DNA of 64,000 nt from Zootoca vivipara (Eukaryota), in NCBI RefSeq assembly GCF_963506605.1, contig NC_083292.1, positions 23,560,001-23,624,000 on the forward strand, given 5' to 3'. The notes below the pieces were generated by a model. That model made no database searches, was not told the DNA's origin, and worked only from the letters and a program-made list of their open reading frames with translations. Both the position numbers and the translations under genes were made by a program. Shown in pieces: positions 35,153 through 47,300 of the stretch. The first letter of the stretch is position 1, and every line of letters begins with the position of its first letter.

Positions 35153-36823
35153 CAGGGGTGTCAAACTCAAATTCATCGGGGGGGGGGGCGCATCAGCAGT
35201 TTGGTCACCCTCAAAGGGCCGGTTGTATCTGTAGGACTATGTGTCCACTCTTTATTATCATAAATTATTGTCACTGCATTCAATTATTACTGGTTTTTTG
35301 TAATGATGTAAGTAATAACTAGCTCTGAAAGCAGAAACATAGTCAGAATAATGGCAAGTAGATATTCAAATGTACAATTATTGTACAATTTATTGAAAAA
35401 TGATTTTCGGTAACTGCACTGGGTGGTGGAGGCTCGCTAGGGTTTCATGCAGGAGCTTTGCAGAGCTACTGGTACCTGGAGATGCTGGGGTCCTTCTGCA
35501 TGCAGGACAAATGTTCTGCCAGTGAGCCACCACCCTTCACCAAAGGGACTGGCTGAGGTTGACTCACTGGAGCTGCTCTCCTGGTTCCAGGGTTTAAGGG
35601 CCAGAAGTATAAAGCAGCATCCTATGTTTCTAGGGAGAGGGGGAGGGAGAGGGAGGGGAGGAAGGAAGGAAGAAAAGAGGGAGTGGGAGGGAGAGAGGAA
35701 GGAAGGAAAGAGGGGAGAGAAAGAAGAGTAGGAAATAAGGAAGGGAATAAAGAAGGAAAGAAAAAGAAAGAGGGAGAAAAGATGGAAAGGGAGAAAGAAG
35801 GAAGGAAGTAGAGAGGGAAAGAAAGAATAAGAATGNNNNNNNNNNNNNNNNNNNNNNNNNNNNNNNNNNNNNNNNNNNNNNNNNNNNNNNNNNNNNNNNN
35901 NNNNNNNNNNNNNNNNNNNNNNNNNNNNNNNNNNNNNNNNNNNNNNNNNNNNNNNNNNNNNNNNNNNNNNNNNNNNNNNNNNNNNNNNNNNNNNNGGAAG
36001 GAAAGAGGGGAGAGAAAGAAGAGTAGGAAAGAAGGAAGGGAATAAAGAAGGAAAGAAAAAAAACACGGAGAGAAGACAGAGATAAAGAAGGAAGGAAGGA
36101 GATGGAAAGAAAGAATAAGAACGAGAGAGAGGAAGAAAGGAAGGGAAGGGGGGTCACCGCCTTGATTCAGCGCCAGAAAAGAGCGCGAAGGGACCCAGGG
36201 GCAAAAAGCATTTCCCGTGCAGCGTGAGGCAGCGGGTGTCCATTTTAGCAGACGTGCGTAAAGCCTCAGAGTTGCACGTTCATGAGGCTGAGCCACGGCA
36301 GGAGGAGGAGGAGGTGAGGCAAGAGGAGGAGGAGGCGGCTTGTCGGGTCGGTGCCCGGCAGCACCGTACGGAGAGTGCCGAGCCTCTGGGACGCAGCAGT
36401 GCTCTGTAGCACTTTGAATCCTCCTCCTCCTCCACGCGGCGCTGCTGGGTGCTTTGTCTGTGATTCAGCAGCAGCAGCAGCCGTTTCCAGGCGCCGAGCC
36501 GTGGCAGGAGGAGGAGGATTCAAAGTGCTACAGAGCACTGCTGCGTCGCAGAGGCTCGGGACTCTTCGTGCGGTGCTGCTGGGCGCTGACCCGGCAAGCT
36601 GCCTCCTCCTTCTCCTGCTGTGGCTTGGGGCGCACCACGCAGCGCTGCTCCGGCCGCCTTTCTACCCCCCCCAGGCCCCAGCTGTTTGTCACCGCATTGT
36701 CGGCGCGGCGCTTCAGCAGCAAGGTCCCGCTGCTGGGTCCCGCTGGCTGGGGCGCTCGGCGGGCCACATGACGAGGTCTGGCGGGCCGGATTTGGCCCCC
36801 GGGCCTTGAGTTTGACACCCGTG
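35153..36823. mobile_element. Approximately 1.67-kb non-autonomous hAT element in ZNRD2 intron 2
   Basis: TIRs caggggtgtcaaactcaa / ttgagtttgacacccgtg; perfect 8-bp TSD tattatat. Contains a GA-rich tract, an assembly gap and an internal inverted repeat. Confidence 0.85.
35836..35995. other. Assembly gap (160 N) within a purine-rich low-complexity repeat
   Basis: Run of N. The same motif ggaaggaaagaggggagagaaagaagagtaggaaa occurs at 35701 and 35996. Confidence 0.99.
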
Positions 36824-38194
36824 TATTATATAATAATGAAGAGCTGGTGTAGCCACTGGCAAATACAGCCTTTGCCAACCTGGCGCCTACACGAAGGCGT
36901 CAGGGTAGCAGGTTGCTGAAGGCTGAGCTGAGGTTGAGCTCTGAATTGCGGAGTCACTGGTCTGAATCTTAGCACTGACATGAGTTCCCTCAATGGCCTC
37001 TGGTAAGTCAGTCTCCTAGTCTAGCTGGATTTCATTCCCCATCTACAATATGGTCTCCATTTTTCAGGGCTGTCGAATACAGCGAGATAATATATGAGAA
37101 GCATTCTGAATGCTTGAAATAGTTTGTGGCAGTGTTGAGTATTATTACGGCTTGTATATGCAGTTTTTGTGGCAGTCACTGGCCTGCAAAGCATATTTCA
37201 GCATTCACCTGGTGCCATAGGCTAGTGAGCAGGCTGGTGGAAGAGAAACAGAAGGTTCCATCCTGCCTCTGATCCCAGCATCAAAGGCAAGTGGGCTATT
37301 GGGAGAGAAAAGGCCATTCATCCAAAGAAATGCAGTAGGCTGTTGTGGGAGAAACAGAGCTCTCTGCCCTTCCTTAGCTAGCCTCTGCCAGCTATTTTTT
37401 AGACGGCAACTAAGACTTTTGGGTCTTATGTATGAGGTTGTGGGAGAGGGCCACACATAGGCTCAGCAAGTCTGCAGCAACCATGAGGAACGGCAAGTTA
37501 TGCTCAAACCATAGAAGAAAATATGAGTCCTGAGGTTTTGAGTTGAAAAGGTTGCTCGAGTTTTGAGGAGAAAGTTGAGGTGGGAATAATGAGATCAACA
37601 AGCCTTTGAGTTCTCACCCAGATTTTAGCCAAATCTTTTTCTCCTGTAGTTTTCTAAAAACAGGAGCCAAGAGAGCTCCTCTCTCTCCAGTAATCAGAGC
37701 ACTGGTTTCAATATGCAATAATGTGGTCAGTAGAAGATAGGAGGGATCTAGGAAGTAGCAGCTGCATATCATTTGTGATCCCCACCACTACACACACATG
37801 CACACAATTGTTTTACCCTAATCTTTTCCTTGGAGATAGATGGAGTCTTTCTGAAGAAGGGATATCTGTTGGTCTTAAGCAAGTGCAGAATGCTTTTTTA
37901 TATGTCCCTGAATGTAAAATAATGAGGTAAATTGTGCATCTGTGTCTTTTAAAGTGGAGGAAGCTCCTGCTTCTTTCCTCAACACCTGACATCTTGTGAC
38001 AATCTTTTCTCTATCAAACATTAGCTCACAGTTAGAATTTTGGTGCCTAGAATCCAGGTTTTTATTTATTTCACTGGTGTAATTTCTCTCACCTCCCCAC
38101 CCCCATACACACCCCCACCCCCATCTCTCACACATCACATTCCTTTTGCAAGCTCTGACACTTTTCTCTCCTTGCTATAACCTTGCCCTTTCAG

Positions 38195-38279
38195 ACCATT
38201 TTGCTGCAAGACAAGCAGAAGAAATTGTACTGTGTCGCCTGCCAAGAACTTAATTCTGATGTTGACAAGGACAATCCGG
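38195..38279 (+). CDS. ZNRD2: ZNRD2 exon 3 (second CxxC of the zinc ribbon)
   Basis: tttcag| TILLQDKQKKLYCVACQELNSDVDKDNP |gtatgc. Confidence 0.95.
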
Positions 38280-38949
38280 GTATGCTTGGGATAGTGTGGG
38301 GAGGTTGCCTCACTGGGATGGATTGGGAAGGACAAGAGTCTTGGATTAGAGGGTGGGGATTAGGATCTAGGGCTTTCCTCCCATTATGTGTTGGTGGGGA
38401 GAGGTATTTCTTAATTAGCTGGAAATAATTCATGAGCCTGATTCCATTTCTGGGAGTTTAAATGCTGCAGTTGCTATAAACCATAACTGGTGCTGCAGCA
38501 CTTGTTTAATGCTTACACATTGATGCTCTGGCAACTTGGATGATTCCCTATATTCATGTTTTTATTGTTCATTCTGCCTTTAGAAGACATCTGAAGGCAG
38601 CCCTGTACTGGGAAGTTTTAAATGGTTCATGTTTTATTGTGTTTTATGGGAGCTGCCCAGCGTGTCTGGGGCAATCCAGTCAGATGGACGGCATAAAAAT
38701 CATAAAAATATTATTGTAAAATTATTATAGTGGGCTTCTGGGTGTGCCAGGAAAGAACCTTTTCTGCTTCACTTAACAAGAGAGAGTTAGTGTTAAGTTG
38801 CTGCTTAGATCTTCCAGTGGTACTTGCCTGTTCTTTTTCATTGGGATGTTTGCAAGAGGCTTGTGCGTGTACAGGACTGGGGCAGGGGCTCAAGGAGGCC
38901 CAGGAGTAACAGGGCCCCACGGTGATGCCTATGTGCTTCTTCTCTGCAG

Positions 38950-39344
38950 CCCTGAATGCTCAAGCTGCTCTATCCCAAGTGCGTGAACGACAGCTAGCTA
39001 CTAACTCGGATGATGCCACTTCACCTGAGTACCTCTCCTCTCTGCCAACTCCTCGCCATGTGCCACGCCCAGAACACTGTGAAGGAGCAGCAGCAGGACT
39101 CAGAGCTTCTGCCATCGCTCCAGCACTCCCAGCCCCTGTTGCAGTGCCTGCCTGTCCACCTCCCACTAGTGCCCTGGCTGCAGCGGAGGAGGCCATACTG
39201 CAGAAGATCAACTGGGCTGTCCATGAGCTCCAGCAGAGCACTTGCGTTGAAACAAGCATACAGCTCTGCTCACTTATTCGGTCCTGCACAGAATCCCTCA
39301 AAGGAATTAAGGAACTGTTGCAGGGAGGTGGCCCTGATGTATAG
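38950..39344 (+). CDS. ZNRD2: ZNRD2 exon 4, ending at stop codon
   Basis: ctgcag| ALNAQAALSQVRERQL...VPRPEHCEGAAAGLR...ILQKINWA...SIQLCSLIRSC...*. Total 648 nt (215 aa). ATTAAA at 39457-39462. Confidence 0.95.
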
Positions 39345-41899
39345 GAGCATTGGCAAGCCTTAGGAGCACAGCCATGCCTATGGCACCAAGCAATGTGTCC
39401 CTTAGAGGCTAAATTAGAGTCCGAGCAGTTCAAACAAGACTGTGCTCTTTCTTCCGATTAAAATGTGTTGCATTTTGTCTCATTCTGGTTGTCTTGAAGT
39501 TTGGGAAAGGTTCCTGGAGATCTTTGTTGAACTGGTGGGTCTCATTTGGGACAGAATGAGGTAGGGAAATGAGTTAGACTTCCCCCTCTGGCAAGGGTGC
39601 ACAGAACCATCCTGCAGAACTTTGGGCCCACTCAGTAAACGTCCTGGTCTTGTTGCCTGTATGATACTCTAAAATTAGGATTGTCAAGGGTTTAGCTTAG
39701 GGGAGGGGGGACAGTCACAAGCTGTCAATTAAACCAATAGCTCTCAAGCTGAAGGCCAGGCCCCTTTGGGAGGAACATGCAAGACATTTGCAAGAGTACA
39801 CAATTCTAGGATGGCAGATCATGCCAAAAGCAGCCAAGGTTTAGTACTCTGGCTACCAAATCATCTATGCTTATGGAAGCTGCAGAAAGTCAGGAGAAAT
39901 CTGGCATCTTCCATGCCTGGGTGGTTTTATGAGGGAGCTGAAGATAGCATGTTCTAGTCCTCTTCTACCAGCAGAGTTAGATCCTTATACACAGCAGAGA
40001 AACATGAACATACATCTTGCTGTGAGAATTCTGGGTTCTTGCCTGCTCCAAAGATAGTTGCTGGCATAATGTGGCCCTTGGGAAAGTGATACGGGCTTCC
40101 TAATGTGAAACAGTATTCAACCAAAGGTTTCTCTCCATTTGCATTATGAGTCTAGGGCTGAATTTGGAATGTGTCTGTTTTAATGCTTCAGGTTGGACTC
40201 TCATGACAACAGACAAATGCAATAGGAACAGAAGAAGCTGCCTTGTGTACCTAAAAGCCCTGATGGAGCAGGCTAGAGGCCCATCTAATTCAGCCTTCTG
40301 TTCTGACAGTGTCCCAACTGGATGCCTATGAAAAACCTGCAAGCAGAACCCTCGTGCAGCAGCATTTCCCCCATACGTGATTCCCAGAAACTGGCATTCA
40401 AGGCCTCTGACAGTGGAGGTAAAACATAGCTGTTGCAGCTGGCAGCCACTGAAAGCCTTGTCCTTGAAGTTGGCCAATCCTATTTTAAAGCTGCCCCGGT
40501 CTGTGGCCAGAAACAGTTGGAGGGCACCAGGTTGGCCTATGTTGACTAGGAGCTGCTTCCTAGCAGCATTTCCTGTCACTGTCCTGATCCTTTTTCTCTT
40601 GAGATGCCGGAGATGGAGCCTGTGACCTCCTTGCAAAGGTGTTCTGCTACCAAGGTATGGTCCTCCCCAGTTACGCAACACTACTGGTAAGCCCTAGTCT
40701 GGCGTAATACCTTGGTGTTCTGCACTGGAAGTAAACAAATCCAGTAGAGAATGTTACCACAAGCAGGCAACTGTATCCTGCCCTATCATGATTCCTGTTG
40801 GGAAGTTGGTGTCATTTGAAAGAGAAAGGACACTGAGAAACGATCAGTCAGTGGCAGTCTTCCAGAGCTGCAGTCTGATAGCGGAAATGTGCCAAGCTTC
40901 TCTCCCCACCAATAAACACAAACTACATTTTTTCCTATGCAGAGTTAGGCAGACCTAAGCATATCAAAATCGGCAGGCTTAGAGTTCTACATAGGGTCAG
41001 GATGTGTGAAGCACAATGGTAAAAATGTTAGCTTGTCATTTGGAAGGGCACAACAAGGACTGGGATATGGTAACTGGTGGATTTCTCACTAGGTCTCAGA
41101 CTCCAGTTTTGCAGTGCTGGAGAAATGGAACATGGCTTAGTTTTTTAGCTCATTAGCCATTGCCAAAAGCAGGGTGGGCTCTACCATTGGCTAGGCAAAG
41201 TAGCCTGTCACAGATGGCACATAGTGAATATGGTTAACAGGTGGGAAATTCTGAACCGACCATTCTTGATAAAGCAAATTATTTGCTGAGGGGAGACAGG
41301 TTGATATTATAAGGACAATATTTAAAAGGGTGATTCACCTGCAGGCATGGGGTTTTGAGAGCAGAGCTCTGGCGCCACACAGAGGCAGAACTATGAGTTT
41401 AGCGCTGGAAGCAGCCTTAGGGTTTGGGGTACTTTGTGCATCCTCAGTGGCTTATTAGGAATATAAGAAGCTGCTTATACCAGGCCAGACTTTCCTATAT
41501 GGGGCTGCTTCTAAAGGTTGTATAATTATATCTCCTTGGTTCCGGGGTCGCATAACTCCATACCCTCCAACATTTCTCGGATGAAAATAAGGAAAAGCAG
41601 GACATTATGGGATTGAATCAGAAACTGATACAACTTCTGTAAATCTGGGACTGTCCCTGGAAAATGGGGACACTTGGAGGGTCTGAATTTGAAATAGCAT
41701 AGCAACCAACTCCTAGGGGCCGAGGTCCCTTCGCCCCCCTTCCCAGAAAGTATTTCAAATGGTGTGCGTGCGCCGCGTCTTGTGATCGATTATGCGGGGA
41801 GGGGCTTATACCTCCCCCCCCAATACTTTATTCAAGTTGGCACCCTAGGTACCACGGTCTCCGCTGACCTTCATTCCAAGGAAACGGAGCCCTGCGTCA

Positions 41900-42806
41900 G
41901 CGCAGGCACCCCTGCAGTCCCTTGCCGCGTGGAGGTTGGGGTGCGCTCAACAAGCCCCTTTGCCAACTTGGAGACGCGGCACCTGCGCTCTCCCTGTCAG
42001 AGGGAAGGGCGTCGGCTTCTGCACGTGCTCCACGTCCGAGAGCTCTTTCCCGGCCCTGAAAACGGGCTCAAGCGGCGAAGGAGGCCCGGCGTCCTTTTGC
42101 CTCCCGCTGCGGCGGCCGCCCCTTTAAGCAGCGTTCTTGTGCGCGCCGCGCCGCCACGGCAGGCAGGCAGGCGAGCGGGGAGGCAGGCAGGGGCGCTGCG
42201 GGTGTGGCCGCTGCCTTCACCGCCACGGGCAGAGCGCGAACAAAGGCGGAGACGGGCGCCGGGCGGAGCTGTGCTCTTCGCGGCCCGGGCACTTCTCCTG
42301 CGCCGAGCGGGTCGGCCGGGAGGGCACCGCCGTCTGGTGTCCGGCGCAGCCGGAGCAGGGCCGCGGGATGTGGGGAGCCAGCTGGATCGCCTCCGAGCCG
42401 GCTTCGGTAAGCTAGCCGGCCCGAGAGAGAGAGAGAGAGAGAGAGGACAGCGCGGGCCTGTTTGCCCAGCCTGCATAGGTCCCTAAGCCAGCAGTCTCGA
42501 GGGGGCCTCTGAGCATAGCCAGAGTGCCTTTTTCTCTGCAGCCAAATCGGCGTGGAGACCGGTAGGCCTGGGCCCCCGTACCTCTCTTTTTTGAAGCGTC
42601 GCCCCCACCCGCCATCTCTGTTCACCTCCGTATATGGCTGGGGGCTGGCTAGTTCTGCCGTCCAGTCGGCGCTCCCTCTCGGCCTCCGGCCTCTTCTCTC
42701 CATCCTCGGGCGCGGGTGGGGGCTGATTTCGTCTCCTCCTCCCCCCCCCCGCTTTCTCTCTCTCCTCTCCTCCCCCCACCCCCCAAACATATTCCTCTTC
42801 TTCGCC
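41900..42806 (+). promoter_or_regulatory. FAM89B CpG island and 5' UTR, with a probable 135-nt UTR intron (42407-42541)
   Basis: GC-rich; TCG|GTAAGC donor and tttttctctgcag acceptor upstream of the ATG. Confidence 0.6.
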
Positions 42807-43064
42807 ATGACTTGCCTGCAGTCCTCCCAGGACAGCCTGGCGGGGAACGTGTGCGCCATCGAGGGTCTCCCCCCGCTGCCCAAGGGGCTCAGCGGGATCA
42901 TCAACTCCAGCGGAGGCTCGTGGCGCGAGATCGAGAAAGTTTACAGCAAGAAGACGCGCATCCAGGACGACCTGAGCAAGTCCCAGGCCGCCTCGGAGAA
43001 GCTGCTGCTCCGGACCAAGCCCGCCAACCTCGACTCGGCCCTGGCGGTGCTGCGCAAGGAGATG
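42807..43064 (+). CDS. FAM89B: FAM89B (LRAP25) coding exon 1
   Basis: GCCATG; MTCLQ...EGLPPLPKGLSGIINSSGGSWREIEKVYSKKTRIQDDL...KPANLDSALAVLRKEM |gtaagt. Confidence 0.9.
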
Positions 43065-43639
43065 GTAAGTCAGGACCCTCAGGCGAACCTGTTCTGGGGG
43101 GGCACTGGGGCAGAGGGAGCAGGCCGTTTGGGATGGCATGAAAGAGGAGGAAGTTGTTATCTGATGTATTATTACTCTTGTGTATGTGCCCTCAGGGAGA
43201 CGCACCTGTGGGATTTCCGAGCTCAGGTGCCAACATAACTGGGCCAGCCTTGGATGCTGTGTCCCTTGTCATTTCCTATTCTGCCTTGGGCAATATATTG
43301 TCTTGGGCCACTCAAGTTTTGGGTCGCACCAGAATGTACATTTCTCAGGTCCTTTCAAGCCACCTGCATAGATAGTGCCATTAGGCAACAAAATTCTGCA
43401 TGTTTTTAGTCCTCGTTGACTGCAAGGATATGACTGTGTGTGCAGGAATCCAGAAAGGGACTGAACAAGGTTTCTAGCTGCTCGCAAGGCAGGGCGCAGC
43501 TTAATTTTGTTCCCCAGCAGAACCTGAATAAGTAACACAGGGCAATGATGAGTGCGCAGTTACGCATATTCTTTGTTACTTATAGCATTAGTCGCTTTTT
43601 CACAAAAGTGACTCAAAGCAATGTACCAAAATAAACATT

Positions 43640-44620
43640 AAGATCAAGAATAAAACAAAGCCAAAATGCACAAGCCCACTCCACTAAAAAGATGAGTAAA
43701 AAACAACAACAGAGGTCCCAAACATACTTCCAAAATTAAGGGCCAAAAGCCTGGGTGAAATCAGGATGGTTTTGCCTGGTGCCTAAAAATGTGTAATGAT
43801 GGTGCCTGGCATGCCTCACTAGGGAGAGCATTCCACAGATGGGGAGCCACCACTGAGAAGGCCTGTTTTTGTAATGCTTGGAGGGGAGCTCATAGATGAT
43901 GAATGCAGGGCCTAGGGTGGTTCATGTGTGGAGAGGCAGCCCTTGAGGCACTGTGGTCCTGAACTTTATAGCTCATACTGAGCTGAAAAGCTAATTGTCA
44001 GTCAATGCAGTTGTACCAAGAAAGCGGTCTGTCCACAATCTGGTTGTTGAATGCTGCACCAGCTACCATTTCGGAACTCTCTTCGAAGGCGTTCCCATGT
44101 AGGCGTAACACGTTGCAGTGATCTAACCTAGAGGTTTACCAGGCAACAGAAGTTAGGCTATCCCTGTCCAGATAGAGACAAAAATATAAGCTGGGCCATC
44201 GGCTGAAGCTGACGAGAGACACCAGCTCAAATGACGCTGGTGGATCCAGAAGCACCCCCATTCAACACGCCTGCTCCTTTAGGGGTGTGTGACCCCATCA
44301 GGCCAAACCTCGCCCATCCGGTCTAGGAAACCATCAGCTAACAGCCCCTCTGGATTAAGCTTTAGTTTATTGGCTTTCATCCAGTCCGTTACAGAGGTCA
44401 GGCATCTGTCTAGCTAGCACATCAGCTGCCATGCCTCCTAAAGGAGAAATGGAGCCGCATTTCATCAGCATATTGCTGACAACGCACTCCAAAGCGCTGG
44501 CCGTTTCATGTAGATGTTAAGCGGCACGGGGGATAAGATCGAGCCCTTCAGCACTCGCCACTGAAGGCTCTATGGGGCTGATTGAAACTCTCCAAGCCTA
44601 AACCCCGATTGAAATGGCTC
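43640..44620 (-). mobile_element. Old degenerate L2 LINE 3' fragment
   Basis: Reverse-strand RT remnant (tcatcagcatattg = QYADE/YADD region) and an L2-type 3' end (gggagagcattccacag...gagaaggcc). Confidence 0.65.
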
Positions 44621-45848
44621 TAGAAAGTTGGTTTCATGGTGCAATGATCTTGCCCAAGAAGGGGGCATTGGGAACCAGCTAATAATTATTTAGGGTGGGA
44701 GTCAACTCATTGGAGGCCCTCCCCCAAGGACTTCTGTTCTGTTGCACAAAGGGGCTTCCACCTTCCCCCACAGCTCCCCCATTGGCTCAGGGAGGTGGGG
44801 GTTGAGAGAACCTCTGCAACACCACAAGGCAGGAGAGGAGAATTGTTTGGTCTGGCAAGCCAAAACCCTTGTCCTAACAGAACAAAAGTTCCTTGCATAG
44901 GTTTTCCAAACCCAGGGAGGGTTTCTGAAGGGGGTGGTCTTTGCCACCACCTCCTTTAGACAAGTGGGGACCACCCCCTCTCTCAAGGAAAGGCATTGAT
45001 TGCCTGGCTGAGCCACCTTCCTTGCTAGGTAGCTCAACCCTAAGGTACATTATTGTAAAGCTTTGTTACCACTTTCTGGACTTGAGGAGGCCAGATTTGG
45101 CTTTTCTTAGTGCTCTCTGGTGTACACACACACAGCCCTGATCCATTTCCATCCCATCTCTCCTCTAAATACCCGCGGGACTCAGCTACATTGGCAAAGA
45201 AAAGGCGCTTTATATGTGTTGCTTAGGCATTCTAACACTGTGACACCAGATGGCGCTGTGGAGTTCCGTTTTTTGCCAACCCGATTTCTCATACAAAGTT
45301 TGCAATACGTTTTAACTGAAACACTTCTTTGATGTGTCTAGATCCAGCCATGGTTTCTGCTCCCTTTTATTCTCACAACAACCCTGTAGGGTAGGGTGGG
45401 TTGAGAGAGAGTGGCTGGCCCAAGGTCATCCAGTCAGCTTGACATGGACAGGCATAGATTTGGGGTGCTCTCCTTCTCATTTTCATGCATTGGCCTCCTG
45501 GAGGTTGGACAAGGCATCCCTCCAATTCTCCAATTCTATGATTTTAACTTTACTTTCCCGTGTTCCTACTCTCTAACTACGACACCACACTTACATTTTT
45601 ATTGACAACCATATGGACTTTATTGCAGAAACCTAAGTATTTTCTGTATGCCAATGGTCTGTTTGTCTTTAAAAACCTTTTTGAATACCACATTGGATTT
45701 TCCTCCTGGAGAAAAGCATAATCATTCTATCTCTCCCCTGCCCCCCCCCCCCCCGAATTATCAGTTTAGCCGGATGGTAAATATGCAAAAATGCTTTTGG
45801 ATCGACATGCATACACCGACTGCGCTCAGTAAAACAGCACCATGCATA

Positions 45849-46707
45849 CCGTGTTTCTCCTAAAATAAGACGTGCCTCTAAAATAAGCCATGGCACGATC
45901 TTTTAAAGGCAAAAAAATATAAGACATCCCCCAAAAATAAGACATGTTGGGGGTACCGGTACCTACCCGACCCAGCGGGAGCCGGCAAACACAGCAGCGC
46001 GCGCCGCGCCGAGCCCCAGCACAGCGGGAGCCCCAGCACAGCGACGCGCCGAGCTCCGACTGAACGGGCCCCAGGACCCGGCAGCGGGTGGTGCGCGAAG
46101 CCGCAGGAGCCGGCAGCAGCCCCAGCCGCGCCGCGCCGCGTCAAGCCCCGGGACCCAGCAGTGGGCTCAGCGGGCGGCGCGCGAAGACGCAGCAGCCGGC
46201 AGCAGCCTCAGCCGCACCGCGCCGCACCGCGTCAAGCCCCGGGACCCAGCAGTGGGCTCAGCGGGCGGCGCGCGAAGACGCAGCAGCCGGCAGGAGCCGG
46301 CAGCAGCCCCAGCAACACCGCGCCAAGCCCCGGGACCCAGCAGTGGGCTCAGCGGGCGGCGCGCGAAGACGCAGCAGCCGGCAGCAGCCGGCAGCAGCCC
46401 CAGCAACGCCGCGCCGCACCACGTCAAGCCCCGGGACCCAGCAGTGGGCTCAGCGGGCGGCGCGCGAAGACGCAGCAGCCGGCAGCAGCCGGCAGCAGCC
46501 CCAGCCTCACCGCGCCGCACCGCGTCAAGCCCAGGGACCCAGCAGTGGGCTCAGCGGGCGGCGCAAGAAAGCCCCGTATCATAGTTAAGGTAACAATGCT
46601 GTACCATGCTTAATTAAAAAATAAGACATCCCCCGAAAATAAGCCGCGATGTGGTTTTTTATAGGAAAAATGAATATAAGATGTGTCTTATTTTAGGAGA
46701 AACACGG
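45849..46707. mobile_element. Tc1/mariner-pogo type non-autonomous element carrying a GC-rich minisatellite
   Basis: TIRs ccgtgtttctcctaaaataagac / gtcttattttaggagaaacacgg; TA TSD; repeated subterminal aaaataag motifs. Confidence 0.85.
46090..46565. repeat. GC-rich tandem repeat, about 5 units of 90-110 bp
   Basis: Core caagccccgggacccagcagtgggctcagcgggcggcgcgcgaagacgcagcagccggc repeated. Confidence 0.9.
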
Positions 46708-47001
46708 TAGTACATAATCAACTGTAAAATACAACTAGGATCAGAGTATTTTGCCTCCTTAAAACAGTCGCCCTGGATTTATGCATCTTTAGAGTGTTTG
46801 TTATCTGCCGTCAGATCAGGACAAACTTGCTACTTACAAGACATCTTTGTTTGCAGTCAGTGCCCAGGAAATTAGAAGTAGTTACGTGCACTCAATCAAA
46901 TGTCAGGCTGTGAAGATCATTTGATATAAGCCAAAGTCTACATTATTGCAGTACTCAGTGGTGAGTGGTGTCCAATGGCATTCCGTGTTAATGAATTCTA
47001 A

Positions 47002-47300
47002 ATTGTTGTTGTTTAGTCGTGTCCGACTCTTCATGACCCCCTGGACCAGAGCACGCCAGGCACTCCTGTTTTGCACTGCCTCCCGCAGTTTGGTCAGACT
47101 CATGTTGGTAGCTTTGAGAACACTGTCCAACCATCTCATCCTCTGTCGTCCCCTTCTCCTTGTGATCTTTCCCAACATCAGGGTCTTTTCCAGGGAGTCT
47201 TCTCTTCTCATGAGGTGGCCAAAGTATTGGAGCCTCAGCTTCAGTGAGCACTTAGGGCTGATTTCCTTCAGAATGGATAGGTTTGATCTTCTAGCAGTCC
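47002..47300 (-). mobile_element. BovB 3' fragment
   Basis: Reverse complement of the 10747-11117 family; TSD attctaaat. Confidence 0.9.

Noticed and set aside
35437-36296. Long F/S/L-rich ORFs
   Set aside because: Low-complexity purine tract spanning an N gap.
41764-42904. Several 150-280 aa ORFs at the FAM89B island (likewise 61855-62787 at EHBP1L1)
   Set aside because: GC-rich promoter/UTR frames with no domain signal.
46088-46613. Repetitive ORFs and an array superficially like CRISPR
   Set aside because: Tandem units without unique spacers, inside a eukaryotic DNA transposon.
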